DNA from: Phoronis australis
Taxonomy: Eukaryota > Animalia > Phoronida
Assembly: GCA_002633005.1 (NCBI GenBank)
Contig: NMRA01000812.1
Coordinates: 62,001 to 126,000, forward strand
Direction: 5' to 3'
Length of the DNA stretch: 64,000 bases
Part shown: positions 14,501 to 27,060 of the stretch, one piece after another
Layout of the letters: every line of letters begins with the position of its first letter
Numbering within the stretch: position 1 is the first letter of the stretch
The notes under the pieces: generated by a model
Database searches by the model: none
The model's input: the letters and a program-made list of their open reading frames with translations, nothing else
What the model was told of the DNA's origin: nothing
Program-made: the position numbers and the translations under genes

Positions 14501-15556
14501 GTATTGCACCTAACTGCTAGACCCAACACAAAACACGATCGTTCAGCTAAGGAAAGCAAGACGGAGACATTCTTTCAGATCACACGGACCAGTCACGGCC
14601 TGTATTGATCGCGTTGGCTTAGCTCCTTTGTGCGAAGATTGCCTCAGGGCTCATTGCTGAACCACCAATTGTACCTCGCCATTGTGCGCAAGTAAAAATA
14701 AAATCACAACGCGGCCGCATATTGATGGTACTTTCACTAGTTGCAACTTATACGGCGAAATCTGATAAGCAGTTGTTGTGTAACCCGGGGTAGTCTAGTT
14801 TAATATGGTGTCAAAAGGCAAAATGAACACACAACAGTAAGCTATAAACGAGGCATAATTTATCAATGGCCCCATGGACTACTGCAAGGGGCCACGTACT
14901 GCATTGTAAAATTGTGGGGATACTCCAGTTTTTAAAAGATTCTGAGTCACTTCCATTCAGTAGCGTCAAGACGTGATTTATTTGTCGCTCGTCCACAATA
15001 TGTTAAATAACCATCACCTCTACACCACTGGATCGAATGAAATCCGCACAGCTAATATTGATACCACGAACTCCGAAGAGAATCACGTGGCATTCATACC
15101 ACTTGCAGTCTTTTCCTCCCCCTTCGCCATTACGAATTGTATGGTGCCGTAGTCATGCCACTCCTTCAACCTTTCGCCATCAATTTTGCGACCGTTCCCG
15201 TCGTCAAATGCCAAGTCCAATTTAATTCCTCCCCCGAAAATCCTAGCACTCAATTTAATTAAGAAACATATTCGACACAAAAGCACAACCTTGACAAAAA
15301 CCTGCGAGGAAATCAAGCCATGAGTGCAGGTTCAGCGGTTAGTGGTAGCATATGCAGGGGTAAGCCCCCGGACATTTAATGACTCAATAACCGCAGTCCA
15401 ACCGAGTCCAACCTAGGCCAGTCTTAGGTTGAGTCACAACCCAACCGAGTTCAGAACGCGTCCGGGCGAAGCCTGACCTCACTCCGGTTGAAGGTCACCC
15501 GAGGCCTGACTAAGGCTGAAGTGCGTTCGACGGGAAGCTGGATTCGATCAGCACTG
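11119..15556. mobile_element. Copy of a large satellite-bearing duplicated unit, putative TA-targeting DNA transposon (right end ...gatcagcactg|TA)
   Basis: Near-identical to about 26700-31578 and, in part, to about 8650-11117; homology stops exactly at CACTG-TA. Confidence 0.6.
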
Positions 15557-16038
15557 TAATACCAAGAATTTCTGTTATTATGCCCTGTGCATGCAATCTA
15601 GAAGTCAGCCTCTTTGTCTGGTACAGGGAGTGATATCGTATGTCCTGTCAAGTAGCTTAGTGGAGGTTAAGGTATGTCACGTTCATCTTGGCTTAAAACA
15701 ACTTTATTTTAAAGTCAGTGTAAATTGTGGCATTTTAGTACAATTTACAATACATGCCCATAGCCAGAATAAGAAAATGTAGAAAATTTCAAACAACAAA
15801 TACAAATTGATGCAAATCTGAAGAGTTTTCTTCAACAACTTGTACTTCAGATAAACATAGCATCTCTTTTGAGAAAGTTCTCTCTGTGGTCTATGTTTGC
15901 TAAACAGTGAACCAATGCATGAGCAGGTAATACATGAATACAATGCTACCTTGAAGGAGAGACATTTAAAGTTATTTTTTGTTTTATTTTTTTAAGTTGT
16001 TACTGCTACTTAAGGTGTAACCAGCCAAAATTCTACTA

Positions 16039-16213
16039 CAGTCAAACATTGTTAGAATGAGCCCGTTTTTAACATTTGCTCACTCATAACATTCTTTTCC
16101 GTAAGTCCTAAGACAGCCATACCACTTGGAAATTACTTTGGTTAAATTTAACTTCCGATACAACGGGTTTTTTCAAAAGTCTTGAGAGGTTTTGTTATAA
16201 CATGATTTTACTG
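16039..16213. mobile_element. Degenerate MITE (CAGT...ACTG termini)
   Basis: ta|cagtcaaacattgttagaa ... ttgttataacatgattttactg forms an imperfect TIR. Confidence 0.5.
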
Positions 16214-17614
16214 TGTGTAAGTGCTTCACGGTATATTGTTGACCTTTCTCTAGATGTAAGGGAATGTACAAGTCAGGTGGTAGGAGTGTGCCTTCTACAG
16301 CTTTAATTTATAGATGCTTCTTTTGACTTCCTACTTTGAGAGATGCTTAATGTTCTCTAGCTTATCCGTCACTGGTGTGTGACTGCGCAAGCATTCTGGG
16401 GACTAATTATTCATTGGTGAATGTACATGCTCAAAAACTTTGAAAATCTATAAGAAATGAAAAAATATTCAATGCATGGTAAAAAATTCTCCAGTTTGGG
16501 ACAATGAACTTTTAAATGATTTCTGCACAGTTTCAGAGGTTGTACCGTACAAAATTTTGAAAGTAGGCAATAAAGGGTTTTACCATTATGTTGTTGAACA
16601 GCTGATTCTACTTTCACTCTGTGTTCACACAAAATGCATTGCGAAATTTAATATAAATATGATGGACAACACCAAAATAAATCATTGTCTCTAACCATGA
16701 AAATTCAACTTTGGCTGGTCGTATTTTAGTGGCTGCCCCAAACTGGAGAATATACATATATAGACTAAAAGTGGGTGTACCCTCAAGAAGAGGTCTCATT
16801 GCCGCACTCTCACTGCTTGTGATCCTTTTTTTAGTGCCCGTGCCTGCACACATACACACTGGGATTGGAAATCAGCTTTTCCTATAACATTGTTGTCTAC
16901 AGCATCCACTTTTGTTTGTTTAAATATCAAAATAACTTTTGTGGAAACTGGTGGTATATATTGTAGTGTACTTAAGTATGCCCGTTTTGATCATACTGCA
17001 TTCGGATAAAATTACGGTTCCATGATGAGATGCTGAACAAATAATTGCAGTTGACATGCTTAAAAAAATGACATCTAGCTCTGAGGAATATGCACATTTT
17101 TGGAAATTGCCATTTTGTCATGATTATTGCCTGTTATAATTAAATATGCAGCTGTTGTTTACAGAGGGTACATTATGTAGTCATAAAGAAACTGTTATTA
17201 TTTAAAAAATGAAACTGTTATTATTTAATTAGGATTGAAGTGTGAAAATTTTCCAGGTATTTGACCGTCTTTCTGCTGTTGGTATAATTCTTAATGTATC
17301 ACTATGCTAATTTGGTGCCAGGCATTTAACAATAATAAAGTGTTTCTGTTAACAATTGTTTCTGCTCAGGCAAGTTGAATTTTAAAATTTTGCAGATCTG
17401 ATGCTCTATGTTTCTTATCCTTGTCATCCCTGATTTTGTGGATTTTGTTAAATGGCTTTCAGATTCGGTATTGAAAAAATTGACGATCAATTGTTGGCTG
17501 TGTTAGAGTTCGTGAGGCTCGATTTTAGCAAGTCCGATTGTTATCACCTAGCTCCTGCTTGCCCCCTTGCCAAACCAGATCAAGGCTAAGTTGGCCATTG
17601 TGATCGACTAATAG

Positions 17615-17899
17615 CAGGGGCGGGTCCAGGATTTTGAGTTAGGCGGGGCCAGGGGATAACCAGAATTTCGGCAGATGCGCGCGCCCAGCCTAAAATGTGG
17701 GGATGCAGGGGTCTCGAATTTTGGGTATGAGGACCTGTTGACTAAAAAAAGAAAGGGGTATGCATTGCCTAATCACCCCCGAGGGCCCCTGGTTGCGCGC
17801 ATGTGCAATTCGCATCAGAACTCCCAAATGGTATCTGGTAGAATTTTAGAGGGGCCATGACCCCCTTGCCCCCCTCCCCCCCTAAATCGGCCGCCACTG
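17615..17899. mobile_element. GC-rich non-autonomous DNA element (CAGGGGCGG...CCGCCACTG)
   Basis: Termini caggggcgggtccagg and ctaaatcggccgccactg; related ends near 34848 and 41624. Confidence 0.55.
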
Positions 17900-18420
17900 A
17901 GGAGCCAAGTGACCTCATGTGATTATGAAAACAAAGTTAGTGTTCACCAGTTCACCTTCTTCACCAAAAGAAAGAATTAGAGCTTCCCTATATATCTCTG
18001 TTGGGCCAGAATGGCATTCAGCGGGCTGATTACTAGACACACAGACTTCTCAACTTAATTGTCCCCGGGCTGCAAGCAAGCCCGCCTAGATAGGCAGTAC
18101 TTCCATCATCCCGTCAGCAATATACCGACCACATCGCCACCACTGGCACACACCTTTATACATCGGATTTGCTTCGGCTTAAGCCACTGTATCGGGGTTT
18201 TCTTGGTCTTATTCACTTCCACCACTGCCCGTTTTAACAAAATGCAACTACTTAAATCCGTTGTCGCCATGCTTCGCTATTTGTAAACTGAAAGGGGTTT
18301 CCCAACTTTCAACCAATGGGAATGACTGAATGTTATGACCTCAGTTTCATTACTTTAACAAATGGGAGGCCATATTAAACAACATTCTACAGTGCTAACT
18401 TTCGTTTAGCACTGTGATAG

Positions 18421-20814
18421 AGTGTATAACTTTACCAAGAGTACTTAAGTTTCTTTTTGACCATCTCACAATTTCCTTTTTAATATCAACTAACTTGCGA
18501 TCAAAATTTAAATTACTCATTTCCTGGATGTCAGAAGAAAAGACAATCCCGAGCATAGTAAACTGTAAGCTAGACCATTTTAAGTCCTTTTCAGAACAAA
18601 CCCTTGAACTGCTTTGCCTCATAGAACCTATCCAGACACATAAGTTGTTTTTTTTCTAAATTTGGAGTTAGACCTGAATACTTCAAGAACTGGTCAAGTA
18701 GATCAAGAGATTTTTTAATGATCTTTCGGAGCCATCAAGGATGATTAGCAGTGTCATCTGCATATTGGACTAGTTTAAATTCTTAAGATCCAATCTGGAT
18801 ACTTTTTATATTTTTGTTTTTCCTAAAGAGATTTCTCATAATCTCAGCACATAGTAGAAAAAGATAGGGAGATAAAGGGCCTCCTTGTTTGCACCCTCTA
18901 CCCATTTCAAAAACTTGAGAAGTTTTTCCATATTGAATTACACAAGCCATAGCTCCCTCCTTAAGCCACTTTGTGATGTTTGAGCCAAAATTAAAAAAGA
19001 TAGGGTTTTTTTGTAGAAATACCCAGGAAACAGAGTCGCACGCCTTCTCAAAATCAACCAGGACCAGTAATCCAGGGATATTCAATTGGTGAGTTGCACA
19101 AATAAGATCATAAATTAATTGAATATTTTCTCCAATGAATCTACCAGCAATAAAACCTTTCTGGTTTTCCTGGACCAACCAATTTAAGACAGACTTAACA
19201 GGTTCAGCAATACAGGCTGAAATTAATTTATAATGTACATTGAGCAATGAAATTGGCCTCCAGTTTTGGAGTAGTTCCCTAGGTTTGTTAGCTTTTGGAA
19301 TAATTTGGATCACACCTTGTTTTACAGCGGATAGTAGGGAATTCTGTAAAAACATACAATTAAAAGCTGTAACGAAATCAGGCCAGAAATATTTGTATAA
19401 TTCCACTGTAAAACCATCAGGACCTAGGGTCTTATTATTTTTCATCTTTTTGAGAACAAATAGAATTTTATCATAAGCAATATTTCCTTCCAATGAATCT
19501 CTATCTTCCAGTTTTGGTGAATCAGTGTTTTCTAAAATTGCATCTAAATCATATTGGGAAAAGTGGTCATCCTTCGAGGCATAAAGATTGGAGAAAAAAA
19601 ATTTCATTTCTTCCAGAATTCCCTTTTGACTGCATATCAATGTACCGTTGTCATCTATTAAACTTGAGATATCTTTAACCACAAAATTACGTTTTTCTAA
19701 ATTACTAAAATATCTTGTTGGTTTTTCACCATTTTCTATCCACTGAGCGCGAGATCTCAATATTAAACCGTCAATGTTTTCCTTTCTAATTTCTTCGTAC
19801 TCGGCCTGAAGAATTTTTAGCCAAACGCCAAAAAATTTGAGAATCTATATTCTGAATGAACTGGTGGACAGTATTTCTTAATCTTTCTAAATGCAGTTTT
19901 CTGTTTTTCTTTTCTTTATTTTTGAAAGCACTACATGACAGAGTGAAGGATCTAATGTTTAGTAGGAACATGTTAAACAGTAAAGCTTCGTCAAATTGTC
20001 AGAAGCACCTACACTTTTGGTATCATGAATGATAATTTTTACTTGCTCCACATACTTTTTGTCCCGGAGTAGAGAATTATTAAATTTCAATGAGCCTCTG
20101 CCACGTTCAAAAGAGTGCAATTTTATTTTACTGAATGGTCAGTTCTGTAGCCTGGGTTTATTTCTACCCTGTTTAACAAAGATAATAACTCATGGGAAAT
20201 TAGAAAAAAGTCAAGGCGTGATTTCTTGGCAGGGTTTTTCCTACTCCATGTAAAAGAGGTACGGTCCAGAATGTAAACTCTCCAAGGGTCAACCAAATTA
20301 AATGTTTGCATAAATTTAAAACCGCTCTTCTAACCTGAGGATGGTTCAGACTGAGATAACCAAAACAGTAACAGTCTTAATCTTGGACCAAATTCCAATC
20401 TCCACAAAGAACAATAAATTCGGAGTTGAACAGAGAGTTGCGATCTGCTATGTTTTCAAAAAAAGTGGAGAATCTTGGTTAGGACCATATATGCAGGCTA
20501 GGGTAACTGTGATAACTTTTCCAACACTATTTCAATAATCAAAAGATTCTCTTTCTCGTCATTATAACTATATGTAATTTCATAATCAGAATTATTATTA
20601 ATTAGGATAGTCACACCCCGCGCATCTCTTCTATCTGGACTCACAAAAATGTCAAAGCCCCACTGGGCCCTAATCATATCATCGTCTGATTCTATGAAAT
20701 GTGCATCTTGGAGACAATTAATATTATATTTTTCCCTTTTAGATAATTAAAAACATCCTTACGTTTTTGAAAATTTCGTAAACCTCTGCAGTTTAAAGAC
20801 ATAATGTTAATCAT
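18421..20814 (-). mobile_element. Decayed non-LTR retrotransposon ORF2 (L1/Tx1-type APE endonuclease plus reverse transcriptase), 3'-truncated
   Basis: Starts MINIMSLNCRGL...CLQDAH at 20814; endonuclease SRLDFFL and TDH; RT motifs LGPDGF, NWRPISLLN, DFEKACDSV, GCKQGGPLSPYLF and QYADD (about 18755-18770); broken by stops and frameshifts. Confidence 0.92.
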
Positions 20815-21417
20815 CTTTGCGATACTAGGTAAATGTCAATGAAAAGACACGGATACGCAGATTCATAGACCTGTAAACAAAAACTGCAATATATGACTTC
20901 TGAGCTATGTGATAGACAGGTCTTATGAAGACAATACCTCCCCCTTCCCAGATATAGGTCAATTATTACATAGTTACAAAACTCTAAAAACACACATCCA
21001 AAAACCTTCCCTGCACTCATATATGTTGGTGTCACTATAACATGCACTCCAGAGTGTGGGAACTTACGCGCGCGCACCACTACAAAGTCGCACATCAAGA
21101 GAACAGCGACAGTCCTAAGTAAAAGAGTATACAAGTGTGACTCTGTACTAAGCTGTTGTTATAAAAGACCCAGTGCTTTGCAGCATTCCTCTGTTCCAAT
21201 ATTCCCCAAAACTGCGATGTCACATCTGGTCTGACATTTCCCAACTGTCAGAATATACATTGATTAAGCAATTAGTAAGAATAGATCCATTTTAAGTTGC
21301 CCAAAGTTTGTGCATGGGGTCAGACTTGTTGACATGTACTTTAACGTCAAAATTTATTTTAAGAAGGTGTTTACAACTTTGGGTTCTGGGGTCAAACTGC
21401 TTTAGAGATTCTAGAAC

Positions 21418-23529
21418 AAAGGTAATCAAGTTAAGCAACGTGTGTTTTTGTCTACAAGATTATCATTAGACATGATGAATATATACTGTTCCTACTTTTG
21501 CAGATGTGCTCCACAAAATGTAGATTTTGAAGGCGATTTTGTTTTGAGTGTGTACTAAAATTTTTTGAATTTCATTATCGGCCTCAGTGATGTTAGTTTT
21601 TTGGCTCTCAAAGGTAATCAAGTTAAGGAACGTGTGTTTTTGCATTAAAGATTTTCGTTAGACATGATGAATATATACTTAAGTAACTTTCGCAGATGTG
21701 CTCCAAAAATTGTAGATTTTGAAGGCGATTTTGGTTTGAGAATGTAGAAAAATTTGTGCGAATTCCATTATTGGCCCCAGACAGGCTAGCTTTTTGCTTC
21801 TCATAGTTAACCAAGTTAAAGACCATGCTTTTTTATCTTCAAGACGTTGATTAGATATGATGAATATGTATTGTTCCAAGTTTCGTAGATGTGCTATAAA
21901 ATTTGAAGATTTTGAAATCGATTTTGGTCCAAGTTTGTAGAAAAATTCTAACTGTGACTCCTATGCTAGGATTTTGGCTTTCATATTTTATCAAGTTATA
22001 GAACACCTGTTTTCTTGTAAAATATTTACTGTCTTCTTAATAAATGAAAACTTGTCTGTGCATGTTTCACTGCCAACCAATAAATGTATAGGTAATTTAA
22101 ACGTTTGATTGGGATTCATGTACTAAAATTTTTTGAATTTCATTATCGGCCTCAGTGATGTTAGTTTTTTGGCTCTCAAAGGTAATCAAGTTAAGCAACG
22201 TGTGTTTTTGCATTAAAGATTTTCATTAGACATGATGAATGTGTACTTTACCAACTTTTGCAGATGTGCACCAAAAATTGTAGATTTTGAAGGCGATTCT
22301 GTTTTCAGTATGTACTAAAATTTGTGCGAATTTCATTATTGGCCCCTGTCATGCTAGCTTTTTGCTTTTCACAGTTAACTAAGTTAAGGACCATGTGTTT
22401 TTGTCTTCAAGATTTTCATTAGACATGATGAATATATACTTTACCAACTTTCGCAGATGTGCTCCAGAAATTGTAGATTTTGAAGGCGATTTTGGTTTGA
22501 GTATGTACTAAAATTTTTCGACTTTCATTATCGGCCTCAGTGATGTTGGTTTTTTGGCTCTCAAAGGTAATCAAGTTAAGCAACGTGTGCTTTGTGTACA
22601 AGATTATTATTAGACATGATGAATATGTACTGTACCAACATTTGGAGAAGTGCTGCAAAAATTGTAGATTTTGAAGGAGATTTTGGGTTGAGTATGTAGT
22701 AAAATTTGTGCGAATTTCATTGTTGGCCCCAGTCATGCTAGCTTTTTGCTTTTCACTGTTAACTGAGTTAAGGACCATGTGTTTTTGTCTTCAAGATTTT
22801 CATTAGACAAGATGAATATATACTTTACCAACTTTTGCAGATGTGCTCCACAAATTGTAGATTTTGAAGGCGATTTTGTTTTGAGTATGTACNATTGGCC
22901 TCAGTGATGTTAGTTTTTTGGCTCTCAAAGGTAATCAAACTAAGGAACATGTGGTCTTGTCTCCAAGACATTCATTAGACATGATGAATATGCACCGTAC
23001 CATTTTTCGCAGATGTGCTCCATAAATTGTAGATTTTGAAAGCGATTTTGGTTGGAATATATAGTAAAATTTGTGCGAATTTCATTATTGGCCCCAGTCA
23101 TGCTAGCTTTTTGCTTTTCACTGTTAACTAAGTTAAGGACCATGTGTTTTTGTCTTCAAGATTTTCATTAGACATGATGAATATATACTTTAACAAATTT
23201 CGCAGATGTGCTCCAGAAATTGTAGATTTTGAAGGCGATTTTGTTTTGAATATGTAGTAAAACTAGTGCGAATTTGATTATTGGCCCCAGTCATGCAAGC
23301 TTTTTGCTTCTCACAGTTAACCAAGTTAAAAGACCATGTGTTTTTGTCTTCAAGATTTTCATTAGCCATGACGAATATATACTTTACCAACTTTCGCAGA
23401 TGTGCTCCAAAAATTGTAGATTTTGAAGGCGATTCTGTTTTGAGTATGTACTAAAATTTTTCGAATTTCGTTATTGGCCCCTGTCATGCTAGCTTTTTGC
23501 TTTTCACTGTTAACTAAGTTAAGGACCAT
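21418..23529. repeat. 192-193 bp satellite array, interrupted by a piece of the right flank (about 21950-22117)
   Basis: Same repeat unit. Confidence 0.92.
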
Positions 23530-23534
23530 TTCAG

Positions 23535-24696
23535 AAATTTTGAAAGTGTGATACCACGTAATAATCCAACAATCGCTTACTGGCTTGCCTTAGAAAGTGT
23601 GCACTACATTGGAATTGACTTGGAAGCCATTTTTGATGATACCGAAGGAACCATTGATGAGTTTATCAACCGCCACTTTGGCAATCTACCTCCAGAGCGT
23701 CCGCATGGGCCTGAAGAAATGAACCTCGGGAATGAAGTAGACCACTTGGCTGCCGGAGTAGAAGGTCTGGACCTACACGTAGATCGTTTAAGAAGGGACA
23801 ACGATTATTTTACGCAAGTTGAAGAAAGAATTGCAATGTTTGACAGCATTGAAGAGGCCGGCGATAATATCCCACTAATTGCTGTACTGGCACTTCAAAC
23901 ATTTCTTTGCATCACGGAAGATCAGGAGAGGTTAAATAACTGTCAAAATGCTGATCGTTTCCGAGACTTTCTCAGGAAATGGCGCAACAGTTTTAAGTGC
24001 GGTACCTACAAGGAAAGCACACGACGTGTGTTGAGAGCTCTGGGAGGACGGGTATCCAAGTGCATGAATGTGCCATTATTTGTTGACAACTACGGAGAAA
24101 AGAAATGCTATGAAGAAAATGAACTTGAGGAAGATGAAATTCCTCAAGAAATTTTCCATGATACCCATCTGGAGGAGTCCGATCAGATACTAGCAGATGA
24201 AAGATTCAGGCCTAGTGACAACAAAAACGGTATCCCAGGGGTATGGTTTGGCTCAGGCGCCGGTAGGCCGAGTCACTATGGATCACACAGATTTAAAACC
24301 ACTCTGGATCGACTGGGTGTAACCGGACTTCGACAAGGGGAGATTGTCAAGTACAAGAACGAAATAAACGTAATCCTTTACGCTCATAACGACGTTGGCG
24401 GAGGCGTTTTTGAGTTTAGGAAACCAATTATTGACGTCGTTACTGCAGAAAACCCAAAGGCTTATGTGCACATTTCCATATTTATTCCTGAATTTATTTT
24501 CTTGGGAGACAACCCAGGCGCTATTGTCACTGAAGAAGATCATTCCATTGTCCACCACCGAGGATTCTGTGTAAGAGAGCAGCGAACAAATTTCAATTGT
24601 AACGAACTTTTGAGATTTAGGAAGGGCATGTGTTTAGCCCAATATAATACGTTCGAATGTGAGGTCTATGGATGCAATTATGATCATGATTTTTGA
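23535..24696 (+). CDS. Uncharacterised protein, probably a terminal exon or 5'-truncated; putative ADP-ribosyltransferase-like fold plus C-terminal CCCH-like zinc finger
   Basis: Uninterrupted frame of more than 380 codons with protein-like composition in repeat DNA. No in-frame ATG at the 5' end, but tttcag at 23529-23534 is a possible acceptor. Motifs: FHDTH, GVWF, SHYGSHRF, YKNE, C-x8-C-x4-C-x3-H. Confidence 0.7.
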
Positions 24697-25127
24697 TTTT
24701 CTGTTATTATACCGTACAATTTATGTGCATCGCAAAATGAGACTGAAGTCAATCAAGGTGACCTCACAGCTTAGAAATACGCTGATGTCACAATTTTATA
24801 AACTACTGTTTTTTCATGGTAAAATGTAAAATCTAGATCCATTTGCGACTTTTCGGCGTTATCTTGCTACCATTATCATTGTGTTCGATCCCAGACTATG
24901 TTTTGGCTATACATGTTCAGTCAAACGTTTCATGTCAAATACACAGTTGAGCCATATGGCCGTAATCGTGTATTACTTCAACATCCAGTTCCTAGAACCC
25001 CATGTACAGTGTTAGTGTACACTGCATGTCTCTCTTTATTCTCATGATGTTATAATGTGGGTTGTGACCTCAACCACCTCTCATGGGACTGAGACTGATT
25101 CACATGTGGCAGTGGAGACTCATGTAC

Positions 25128-27060
25128 CATGTGTTTTTGTCTTCAAGATTTTCATTAGACATGATGAATATATACTTTTCCAACTTTCGCAGATGTGCTC
25201 CACAAATTGTAGATTTTGAAGGCGATTTTGTTTTGAGTATGTACTAAAATTTTTTGAATTTCATTATCGGCCACAGTGATGTTAGTTTTTTCGCTCTCAA
25301 AGGTAATCAAGTTAAGGAACGTGTGTTTTTGCATTAAAGATTTTCATTAGACATGATGAATATGTACTTTACCAACTTTTGCAGATGTGCACCAAAAATT
25401 GTAGATTTTGAGGCGATTCTGTTTTGAGTATGTACTACAATTTGTGCGAATTTCATTATTGGCCTCAGTCATGCTGGCTTTTTGCTTTTCACTGTTAACT
25501 AAGCTAATGACCATGTGTTTTTGTCTTCAAGATTTTCATTAGACATGATGAATATGTACTTTACCAACTTTTGCAGAAGTGCTGCAGCAATTGTAGATTT
25601 TGAAGGCGATTTTGGTTTGAGTATGTAGTAAAATTTGTGCAAATTTCATTATTGGCCCCAGTCATGCTATCTTTTTGCTTCTCACTGTGAACCAAGGTAA
25701 AGACCATGTGTTTTTGTCTTTCAGATTTTTATTAGACATGATGAATATGTACTGTACCAACTTTCGCAGATGTGCTCCAAAAATTGTAGATTTTGAAGGC
25801 GATTTTGGTTTGAGTATGTACTAAAATTTTTTGAATTTCATTATCGGCCTCAGTGATGTTAGTTTTTTGGCTCTCAAACGTAATCAAGTTAAGGAACGTG
25901 TGTTTTTGCATTAAAGATTTTCATTAGACATGATGAATATGTACTTTACCAGCTTTTGCAGATGTGCACCAAAAATTGTACATTTTGAAGGCGATTCTGT
26001 TTTGAGTATGTGTACTAAAATTTGTGCGAATTTCATTATTGGCCCCAGTTATGCTAGCTTTTTGCTTTTCACTGTTAACTAAGTTAAGGACCATGTGTTT
26101 TTGTCTTCAAGATTTTCATTAGACATTATGAATATGTACTTTACCAACTTTTGCAGATGTGCACCAAAAATTGTAGATTTTGAAGGCGATTCTGTTTTGA
26201 GTATGTACTAAAATTTGTGCGAATTTCATTGTCGGCCTCAGTGATGTTAGTTTTTTGACTCTCAAAGGTAATCAAGTTAAGGAACATTTGGTTTTGTCTC
26301 CAAGACTTTCATTAAACATGATGAATATGCACTGTACCATTTTTCGCAGATATGCTCCAAAAATTGTAGATTTTGAAAGCGATTTTGGTTTGAATATATA
26401 GTAAAATTTGTGCGAATTTCATCATTGGCCCCTGTCATGCTAGCTGTTTGCTTCTAACAGTTAACCAAGTTAAAGACCATGTGTTTTTGTCTTCAAGATT
26501 TTCATTACACATGATGAATATATACTTTATCAACTTTTGGAGATGTACTCCACAAATTGTAGATTTTGAAGGCGATTTTGTTTTTAGTATGTTCTAAAAT
26601 TTTTCGAATTTCGTTATCGGCTTAAGTGATGTTAGTTTTTTGGCTCTCAAAGGTAATCAAGTTAAGGAACATGTGTTTTTGTTTTAAAGATTTTCATTAG
26701 ACATGATGAATATATACTTTAGTAACTTTCGCAGATGTGCTTCAAAAATTGTAGATTTTGAAGGCGATTTTGGTTTGAGAATGTAGAAAAATTGTGCGAA
26801 TTCCATTATTGGCCCCAGTCAGCCTAGCTTTTTGCTTCTCATAGTTAACCAAGTTTAAGACCATGCATTTTTATCTTCAAGACTTTGATTAGATATGGTG
26901 AATATGTATTGTTCTAAGTTTCGTAGATGTGCTATAAAATTGGAAGATTTTGAAATCGATTTTGGTCTAAGTTTGCAGAAAAATTCTAACTGTGACTCCT
27001 ATGCTAGGTTTTTGGCTTGCATATTTTATCAAGTTATAGAACACCTGTTTTCTTGTAAAA
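25128..27060. repeat. 192-193 bp satellite array, about 10 units
   Basis: Same repeat unit; diverged right edge. Confidence 0.93.

Noticed and set aside
18389-18415. Small hairpin acagtgcta...tagcactgt at the LINE truncation point
   Set aside because: May mark the end of another element, but I found no partner terminus or target-site duplication.
3031-27060. Recurrent 67-aa minus-strand ORFs (MVFNLVNCEKQKASM...), and a possible plus-strand spliced repeat protein (126-nt exon plus 67-nt intron per unit)
   Set aside because: These are translations of the satellite. The 193-bp units shift frame, many units lack the AG or carry an in-frame TAA, and no domain is recognisable. An apparent excess of third-position changes was judged by eye only.
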